DNA from: Bacteroidota bacterium
GTDB taxonomy: Bacteria; Bacteroidota; Ignavibacteria; UBA10030; UBA8401
DNA length: 64,000 bases
Assembly (NCBI GenBank): GCA_021796275.1
Contig: JAJYOI010000004.1
Span: 1,058-65,057 of the forward strand
Direction: 5' to 3'
The notes under the pieces were generated by a model. The model was given only the letters and a program-made list of their open reading frames with translations, had not been told where the DNA came from and searched no databases. The position numbers and the translations under genes are program-made. Positions 1 to 5,315 of the stretch are shown here, piece by piece. The first letter of the stretch is position 1. Each line of letters begins with the position of its first letter.

Positions 1-289
1 CTTCCAACTCGTGCAACAGCGGAGCTAAATCTTTCTCCAATTGATAATCGGTTTTGAATTCAGGAATATTGAACGCGCCGGACATTACTTCGGGATGCGC
101 GGTTACTGCTTCATACGCTAAGTCAATGAACGGAAGATAGGTGTTTCCTACTTTGACGAGTTCCTTCTTTTGTTTCGGGTCGAGCGTTATAGTGAACGGG
201 AGCGCAGTCTTTGCGGCGTTGATAGCCTGCTCTATCGCCGTTTTCTGCTCCTGTGTTAACGTTCCCGAAACCAGATTTTGTACGGGCAT
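1..289 (-). CDS. hypothetical protein, N-terminal part only (the frame runs off the left edge of the window)
   Basis: ATG at 289-287 on the minus strand opens a frame with no stop down to position 1 (MPVQNLVSGTLTQEQKTAIEQAINAAKTALPFTITLDPKQKKELVKVGNTYLPFIDLAYEAVTAHPEVMSGAFNIPEFKTDYQLEKDLAPLLHELE). It is absent from the ORF track because there is no stop inside the window. Track ORF 141..323(+) is its antisense shadow. Confidence 0.5.
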   Translation of the reverse strand, partial: MPVQNLVSGTLTQEQKTAIEQAINAAKTALPFTITLDPKQKKELVKVGNTYLPFIDLAYEAVTAHPEVMSGAFNIPEFKTDYQLEKDLAPLLHELE

Positions 290-340
290 AACGTATTACT
301 CCTTCTGTTTGTTTGGGGTGTAGTTGTGAGTTGTAGTTAG

Positions 341-369
341 ATGTAGGACACCTTCAGGGTGTCCTACAT
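341..369. terminator. perfect 12-bp hairpin between two minus-strand genes (terminator-like / REP-like)
   Basis: ATGTAGGACACC (341-352), loop TTCAG, GGTGTCCTACAT (358-369). It lies 12 nt downstream of the stop of the 382..2361 gene. The T-run (TTTTAT) follows only on the + strand, so orientation and function are uncertain. Confidence 0.4.
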
Positions 370-381
370 TTTATGGTGGAA

Positions 382-2361
382 CTATTTTACCAGTAATAAT
401 TTTTTCGTGTCAGTAAAACTTCCTGTTGAAAACCTCGCCGATGTTTGGCGGGCGGTGATTTTGTAAAAATACATTCCGCTTGGCAAACTGCCTGCATCTC
501 CGCCAGAGGCGGATCCGCCTTCGGCGGAAAAAACAACCTGATACCTCCCGGCAGGTTTCTCTTCGTCAACAAGCGTTCTTATTTGCCTGCCTAACACATC
601 ATAGACAGCAATTACGACATGCGATTTTTCGGGAAGATCGTACGCAATGGTTGTGGACGGGTTGAAAGGGTTGGGGAAGTTTTGAGAAAGAGTGTATGAA
701 GTCGGCATGTCATATCTGTGCTGTGAAACGTCTGTCAATATGAATGGCTTTCTCGGTAAAAGCACTGTGTCTGCCGAGCTAAGTGTAAATGATACGTTGT
801 CGCTTAACTCCCACCCCGTGTTTTCAAACTTTGTCGCAGGTAGTGCATGAAATTTATAATTTATAACGCTGCCCGAAGAGACATAAAAACTAACTGTCAA
901 TGAATCAAAGTTTGGATTAAAAGTCTCGCGATACATCATGGTGCCACCGTACCAACTCAGAGGATAAGTATCTCCACGAACTTCCAGCGTATCTGTGGTC
1001 GGATCAAAACCGATGCTTATGAGATCTGAAATGTCCGCCTGAAATGTCACTTTGATTCCGTTTCCTGAGGGCACGGCGTATATCACGTTGCTCTCATTAA
1101 GAACATTATGATTTGTTCCTATGGCATATATTTTTATCCAGTATGGCGCAGCTTGCAATGTTTTTGTCAAATAGTTAGTCGCATTGCTTGAATCAAATAC
1201 TACGAAGGCCATGCTATCAGATAAAGTGGCAGCGAGAATTTGATAATAACTCGCAAAGGGGACAGATTGCCACGAAAGAGAAACCTGGTTGTCTCCTGTG
1301 GGCGTTGATGTCAAGTTTAAAGATGTAGTCGCCGCAGTTACGTTGCTGCTCGCGCTCTCTGTGCCGCTTGCATTGACATAAGTAATCTTATAAAAATAAA
1401 TGGTATTTGAGTTGAGCCCATGGTCCGTATAATTTGTTGAGTCAAGACCCGAGGTAAGCAAACTGAAACCGCTCGTTGACGAAGCAGTGCTCCTATAAAG
1501 TTTATATCCGATTGCATTTTGAATCGGCGTCCACTTTAGAAATATCTTGTTCGTTGCAACTGGAGCAGATGAAGATACGAGAAGGTTATCGAACGCAGTT
1601 GAGTTTGTACTAAAGTCCCACATCAGTATATCGTGACTCTCGAATGCAAGCCCTGTTCCAGAAGTAAAACCAATCCAGGCATTGCCGGCATCCAATGATA
1701 GAAGTGATGACAGGTCAAAAGAGAGGGAAATGGCTGGGTTGGTTAAGTCATCAACATATACCTTAAGGCTTCCAGAACTATACGAAATCTTGGCGATATG
1801 AATTGAGCCGTCATTCAATTTGGGAATATTACTTTGTGAAGCCAGGGAATAATTGTGATTTGGGCTATTAGGCTGTGTACCTCGGGTTTGGATACTAATA
1901 TGATTGTCACTTGGGTCATTATTCTCAAAATTTTTGAACGCATCAAATTCGATTGCAACTGAATTAGAAATACCAGCATAAGTCGTTGGAAAAGAGGCAT
2001 CACCGTATCCCATTGAACCGCCGGGTCCGCCAGTTGCACCTATACTATCATTTTGAATTACGAAGGCAAACCCGTCTCCTCCTCCCAATCCCCTTGCTGA
2101 TAGACCGGAAACTCGGAACATAAATACTGTCTCAAAACCATTTTGCAGCGGGACTTTAGAGGCATAGTAAACGGAAGACCTTTGCCATATTGCGGATGGG
2201 TTTAACCGAAGGATATTTTTGAAAACCTGTGCGTTCCCATTCAAAGCAAGACCACTCTCATCGGTGAAATTATAATAAGAAAAGGCGGTTTGAGCAGACA
2301 TAGCTGAATTGAATGCTATGATAACCATGATTAACCCAAACCAAATTTTGAATAAATTCAT
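382..2361 (-). CDS. secreted L-type (legume-like) lectin domain protein with FN3-like repeats and a T9SS C-terminal sorting domain
   Basis: Signal peptide from the internal ATG at 2361 (MNLFKIWFGLIMVIIAFNSAMSAQ). ConA-like lectin signatures are present (GGGDGFAFVIQND, VAIEFDAFKN, WIGFTSGTG). Two FN3-like repeats follow (KWTPIQNAIGYKLYRS, LSWQSVPFASYYQI). The C-terminal CTD reads SQNFPNPFNPSTTIAYDL...GMYFYKI...KKLLLVK. The track ORF extends to 2418. Confidence 0.8.
   Translation of the reverse strand: MNLFKIWFGLIMVIIAFNSAMSAQTAFSYYNFTDESGLALNGNAQVFKNILRLNPSAIWQRSSVYYASKVPLQNGFETVFMFRVSGLSARGLGGGDGFAFVIQNDSIGATGGPGGSMGYGDASFPTTYAGISNSVAIEFDAFKNFENNDPSDNHISIQTRGTQPNSPNHNYSLASQSNIPKLNDGSIHIAKISYSSGSLKVYVDDLTNPAISLSFDLSSLLSLDAGNAWIGFTSGTGLAFESHDILMWDFSTNSTAFDNLLVSSSAPVATNKIFLKWTPIQNAIGYKLYRSTASSTSGFSLLTSGLDSTNYTDHGLNSNTIYFYKITYVNASGTESASSNVTAATTSLNLTSTPTGDNQVSLSWQSVPFASYYQILAATLSDSMAFVVFDSSNATNYLTKTLQAAPYWIKIYAIGTNHNVLNESNVIYAVPSGNGIKVTFQADISDLISIGFDPTTDTLEVRGDTYPLSWYGGTMMYRETFNPNFDSLTVSFYVSSGSVINYKFHALPATKFENTGWELSDNVSFTLSSADTVLLPRKPFILTDVSQHRYDMPTSYTLSQNFPNPFNPSTTIAYDLPEKSHVVIAVYDVLGRQIRTLVDEEKPAGRYQVVFSAEGGSASGGDAGSLPSGMYFYKITARQTSARFSTGSFTDTKKLLLVK
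499..528. repeat. twin 15-nt mini-palindrome (30 nt) inside the CTD-coding region
   Basis: The + strand reads TCCGCC-AGA-GGCGGA (499-513) directly followed by TCCGCC-TTC-GGCGGA (514-528). On the coding strand this gives exactly 10 codons, SAEGGSASGG. Confidence 0.85.
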
Positions 2362-2529
2362 AAGGAGACCTGTAAGTTTAAATGGTAGCAACAAAAAAAT
2401 TTGAGAAGAATATTGCACACCATTCGTCTGAGTATCATTTCGTAACTACTCTCCAACCGTCATCATAAAGCAGAAATATATTTGCACGGATATCGCTTTC
2501 AGTTTTTTCGTCTCACATTTGCTTGGCAA

Positions 2530-3537
2530 CTAAAATCTTTTCTTCTCCCGTATCTCCTTCCCTTTTACATCGAGCGCTTTCAATTCGCTCGCATCAAAGT
2601 ATGAAAGAAACTCATCGAGAATTTGTTTATAGGCGCTTGTCAAAATGTCTGCAAGAATTTTCGGGCGCGTATCTTCGCCATAGACTCGCTGTCCATTCAG
2701 GGTGTTGTACTTGTAGGTAAACTGTTTCGTCAGCACAGGGATAGAAATGCTCTTCACCCACATTTTCTCCCATGTCACCGGTTCGTACAATTGGATGTCT
2801 GCCCGCGCAGCAACGGAAAGATTTCCGGTCACGGTGCCCGGGTGTACGTCCCGTTCAAAAGTTCTTCGTTCAAAAGTCGGCTGCTTATCAAACGGAGTTA
2901 TCGTTGTTGGTTTTGCCGCGCCGCCGGTTAGCTCAAACTCTTCAATAGTTTGTTGCTGCTCGTCCGTTTCTTCTTCCACCACACTTATTTGAAGAACCGG
3001 TTGAAGTGCGAAGTCCGATTGCTGCCGCTGGGGATAAGTAAGTTTTTCTTTGTCGCGGAACGAGCCAATAGTGCGATAGCCGTTGACAACAAGAATTTTT
3101 TCAAAATCTCTGCGCAAGCCGCTCATATACGTGCTCAGCATTGAGTTTACGTAGTCCGCCGCTTGGTCAGAAATTCGTTTCTTAAAAAGCATGTCACTGT
3201 ACGGTTCGGTAACAAGAGAAGCCAAGGGAACGGCGTTCCCGTTCAACACAAATGATGGTGAAAGAACGGCGAGCGTGAAATCTCCATGTGTTCCTTTGCC
3301 TGCGCCAGTGTACTGGAACTGATAAACGGGATATTGATCCTTGGCGGGGAGAAGAATTTTTACTGCTATTGACGGTGGTGTGCAGCCGGAAAGAAACAAC
3401 AATAAAACAAGAAGAAAATATTTTGATACGTTTTCCTCCCTGCTTAAAAAGCAATGGATTCCCGCTTTTGCGGGAATGACTTTATTCTGACTTTGCGATG
3501 TCAATAATGCCATTCTGCGTAACATCTCATTCGCCAT
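2530..3537 (-). CDS. hypothetical lipoprotein (start codon unresolved)
   Basis: Lipobox-like LLLFLSGC is followed by about 300 aa with no family I recognise. The long track ORF reads through the hairpin at 3458..3477 (translated IPAKAGIH), so the real start is probably below 3458. An AGGGAGG sits at about 3434-3440, but the only in-frame canonical starts after it are two TTG just before the lipobox. Confidence 0.6.
   Translation of the reverse strand: MANEMLRRMALLTSQSQNKVIPAKAGIHCFLSREENVSKYFLLVLLLFLSGCTPPSIAVKILLPAKDQYPVYQFQYTGAGKGTHGDFTLAVLSPSFVLNGNAVPLASLVTEPYSDMLFKKRISDQAADYVNSMLSTYMSGLRRDFEKILVVNGYRTIGSFRDKEKLTYPQRQQSDFALQPVLQISVVEEETDEQQQTIEEFELTGGAAKPTTITPFDKQPTFERRTFERDVHPGTVTGNLSVAARADIQLYEPVTWEKMWVKSISIPVLTKQFTYKYNTLNGQRVYGEDTRPKILADILTSAYKQILDEFLSYFDASELKALDVKGKEIREKKRF
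3458..3477 (-). terminator. hairpin ATTCCCGC-TTTT-GCGGGAAT, probable terminator of the LuxR-type gene
   Basis: 8-bp perfect stem with a 4-nt loop, 86 nt downstream of the 3563 stop on the minus strand, followed there by CCATTGCTTTTT. The arm TCCCGC/GCGGGA recurs at 4303..4317. Confidence 0.5.
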
Positions 3538-3562
3538 TCATTATTCGATATTCTGAATTCGC

Positions 3563-3775
3563 TCACTCCATCTCTCCTCTTCTCATCGCCTCCGCCACTG
3601 CGGCAACGGCGGTGTGAACGTCAAGTTTCTCGAACGCACTCCGCAGGTAGGCATCAACAGTGAATTTACTCACCTTCATTTGTTCTGCCGCTTCTTCTTT
3701 TGTTAAGCCGAACGATAATAGTTCAAGGAGTTTCTTTTCTAAAGGTTCGAGAATAGGTGTATGGTTATTGTTCAT
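3563..3775 (-). CDS. stand-alone LuxR/GerE-family helix-turn-helix DNA-binding protein (70 aa)
   Basis: LEKKLLELLSFGLTKEEAAEQMKVSKFTVDAYLRSAFEKLDVHTAVAAVAEAMRRG follows the GerE pattern (LTxRExEVLxLxxxGxSxxEIAxxLxxSxxTVxxHxxxIxxKLxV). There is no receiver or ligand domain. Confidence 0.85.
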   Translation of the reverse strand: MNNNHTPILEPLEKKLLELLSFGLTKEEAAEQMKVSKFTVDAYLRSAFEKLDVHTAVAAVAEAMRRGEME

Positions 3776-3812
3776 TCAACGCCCTGTACCCGCACAGAAT
3801 CATTCCGAATTG

Positions 3813-3846
3813 AAGATGTCGGACACTCCGATGTGCCGGACATCTT
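3813..3846. repeat. imperfect hairpin of the GTCGGACA family
   Basis: AAGATGTC (3813-3820) pairs with GACATCTT (3839-3846), with partial inner pairing. It contains GTCGGACA, which is also the arm of the 4141..4160 hairpin. Confidence 0.6.
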
Positions 3847-3994
3847 GGGGGTTCATTTTAGCGATTCGTCATGAAAGATACAGTACGCGTTCGCGTACTA
3901 TTTCTTTCTATAGTACTTATCTCTACATTTACCCTGCTATGCAGAAAAGTTTTTTAAGAAAAAGTGAAAAAATCAGAAACCCCTCAGCCAAGGC

Positions 3995-4024
3995 TCAGCC
4001 GTAGGCTGATCAGCCCATGGCTGA
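3995..4024. repeat. twin 15-nt mini-palindrome (intergenic copy)
   Basis: TCAGCC-GTA-GGCTGA (3995-4009) is directly followed by TCAGCC-CAT-GGCTGA (4010-4024). A partial third unit starts at 3984. The first unit is identical to 5617-5631. Confidence 0.85.
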
Positions 4025-4140
4025 TGATCCGCCCAAAAGATGGCGGACGGGCTGGCGGAATGTATGCCTGTTCCACACAAAAAAACAAAAAAGCCGCCAA
4101 AATGGGCGGCTGAATACGTTAAAAACACTATAAAAATTAG

Positions 4141-4167
4141 GTCGGACATTCTTGTCCGACTTTTTTT
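4141..4167. terminator. canonical intrinsic-terminator hairpin with a T7 run on the + strand (possibly bidirectional)
   Basis: GTCGGACA-TTCT-TGTCCGAC (4141-4160) followed by TTTTTTT (4161-4167). The minus-strand reading is followed by CTAATTTTTAT. There is no credible + strand ORF upstream. Confidence 0.55.
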
Positions 4168-4230
4168 GGCAGTCCCGACAAGCTGCAGGACAGTCTTACC
4201 AAAAAGATCCTCAAATAGAATCGCCCCGAA

Positions 4231-4338
4231 TTACGGCAACGGTTGGTGTGCTGAATATTTTTTGTTGAATGCGGGCGTGGTTACAAATGCCGCTGCACGG
4301 CATCCCGTAAAGCGGGACTTCTCCCCGTTACAATAACG
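4231..4338 (-). pseudogene. degenerate copy 2 of the 3' end of the 856-aa gene (5316..7886)
   Basis: The minus-strand translation is RYCNGEK[SRFTGCRAAA]FVTTPAFNKKYSAHQPLP*. The intact gene ends RYWDGEKFVSKPTWNKKYPAHQPLP*. With the 10-codon insert removed, 17 of 24 residues are identical. There is no upstream coding body. Confidence 0.75.
4288..4317. repeat. twin 15-nt mini-palindrome forming the 10-codon insert in remnant 2
   Basis: TGCCG-CTGCA-CGGCA (4288-4302) is directly followed by TCCCG-TAAAG-CGGGA (4303-4317). These 30 nt are exactly the extra 10 codons relative to the intact gene tail. Confidence 0.8.
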
Positions 4339-4342
4339 AGAT

Positions 4343-4378
4343 AAACCTTGCGAAGGTTGAGAACCTTCGCAAGGTTTT
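4343..4378. repeat. 16-bp perfect hairpin between the two gene-tail remnants (terminator-like)
   Basis: AAACCTTGCGAAGGTT (4343-4358), loop GAG, AACCTTCGCAAGGTTT (4362-4377). It starts 5 nt below the stop of remnant 1. Confidence 0.7.
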
Positions 4379-4382
4379 GACA

Positions 4383-4502
4383 TTATGGCAGCGGCTCACG
4401 TGCCGTATATTTTTTATTCCACATTGGTGTGTTCACAAATTTCTCGCCGTTCCAATATCGCACGTTGTGTTCCAGCTTTTCGTAATATGGGGCAGTCAAA
4501 GG
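4383..4502 (-). pseudogene. degenerate copy 1 of the 3' end of the 856-aa gene
   Basis: The minus-strand translation is PLTAPYYEKLEHNVRYWNGEKFVNTPMWNKKYTAREPLP*. The intact gene reads KPLSTAYYEKLKQSVRYWDGEKFVSKPTWNKKYPAHQPLP*. 19 of the last 26 residues are identical. The DNA is alignable by eye with 5316..about 5430. The remnant overlaps the last codons of the PIN gene. Confidence 0.8.
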
Positions 4503-4912
4503 TCCTTGAAGGGATTAACAATGGTAAGATTGTTTCTCACAACCAATCCATTCTGCATATCTTCAGAATAAAGAATTTTTACTTCCGCAAGAAGGGCAGT
4601 TGCAACAATCAACGCATCCCAATAATTGAATGAATATTCCTCAACAAGTTTCAACGCCTCGGTAATGTGTTCTGTCGTGAGCGTCAGGACAGGATAAAAG
4701 TTAGAAAGGGCTACGAGAAAGTTTTTTGCATCTGCATGGGAAGCGAACTTTTTCTTTGTAAGAACAGTGTATATCTTTTCAAGGATTTGAGTCGAAATGA
4801 AAATAGCAAGTGTGTCGTCGTTGAACAATTTTTCCGCTTTTATACGTCTCTCCGCGTCTTGTGATTTCAGGTAAATCCAAATATTGCTGTCAACGACGGC
4901 TTTATTGCTCAT
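4496..4912 (-). CDS. vapC: PIN-domain toxin (VapC-like ribonuclease)
   Basis: N-terminal VVDSNIWIY supplies the first PIN acidic residue. The downstream segment reads WDALIVATALLAEVKILYSEDMQNG. The ATG at 4912 overlaps the antitoxin stop by 11 nt (ATGAGCAATAA). The track start at 4924 is a GTG. Confidence 0.85.
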   Translation of the reverse strand: MSNKAVVDSNIWIYLKSQDAERRIKAEKLFNDDTLAIFISTQILEKIYTVLTKKKFASHADAKNFLVALSNFYPVLTLTTEHITEALKLVEEYSFNYWDALIVATALLAEVKILYSEDMQNGLVVRNNLTIVNPFKDL

Positions 4913-5120
4913 AAAGTTCTTCACGGTTCCACTTGAACGAGGAAGGAACGCTAATATTTAAATTGCTGATGGAGGCGAAGAACTTTTGTCGTTGAGCGGC
5001 TTTTTCTTCTTCATTAAACAACATTATTACCTTCACAGTCTCTTTCACGGCTTTTTGGAACTGTTCGGGAATTTTAATGATTCCGTTTTCAGGCTTTGTG
5101 TAGAATTCAATGGCAGTCAT
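4902..5120 (-). CDS. putative antitoxin, AbrB/SpoVT-like (VapB-like)
   Basis: 72 aa, immediately upstream of and overlapping the PIN gene. ENGIIKIPEQFQKAVKETVKVIML resembles the AbrB-type swapped-hairpin motif. Confidence 0.6.
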   Translation of the reverse strand: MTAIEFYTKPENGIIKIPEQFQKAVKETVKVIMLFNEEEKAAQRQKFFASISNLNISVPSSFKWNREELYEQ

Positions 5121-5182
5121 GTCTTTCTCCTAATGTTATGTACAATATACAAGACTGCCTGACGTTAAGCAAGAAGGGTAAT

Positions 5183-5314
5183 TAGTTCTCGCTGAAAAGT
5201 CATTGCGAGCGAATGTTTTTTATGAGCGAAGCAATCTTTTCGACTGTTTTCTAAGATTGCTTCGGCAAAAAGCGCCTCGCAATGACGATCCATAGAGTTT
5301 TTCAGCGAGAACTA
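5183..5314. repeat. three-tier nested hairpin element (about 130 nt), MITE/REP-like or a large terminator
   Basis: The outer stem is TAGTTCTCGCTGAAAA (5183-5198) with TTTTCAGCGAGAACTA (5299-5314). The middle stem is GTCATTGCGAG (5199-5209) with CTCGCAATGAC (5276-5286). The inner stem is GAAGCAATCTT (5228-5238) with AAGATTGCTTC (5253-5263). The element ends 2 nt from the stop of the 856-aa gene. Confidence 0.8.
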
Positions 5315-5315
5315 C

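Noticed and set aside
141-323. Track ORF 141..323(+) 60 aa
   Set aside because: It is the antisense shadow of the longer open minus-strand frame 1..289, and its sequence is low-complexity and Cys/Phe-rich.
3984-4059. Possibility that the palindrome cluster is a degenerate CRISPR array
   Set aside because: The units are 15 nt and directly abutting with no spacers. There is no repeat-spacer periodicity and no cas genes in the window.
3660-4336. Track ORFs 3660..4004(+) 114 aa and 4040..4336(+) 98 aa in the large intergenic region
   Set aside because: Their translations are read-throughs of palindromic repeats (for example ..SAKAQP, MADGLAECMP..KKPPKWAAE..) and of the antisense of the gene-tail remnant. 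They have no start context and no recognisable fold.
4377-4633. Track ORFs 4377..4571(+) and 4385..4633(+)
   Set aside because: They are antisense to remnant 1 and to the PIN gene. The minus-strand readings have clear homology (the gene tail) or domain content (PIN).
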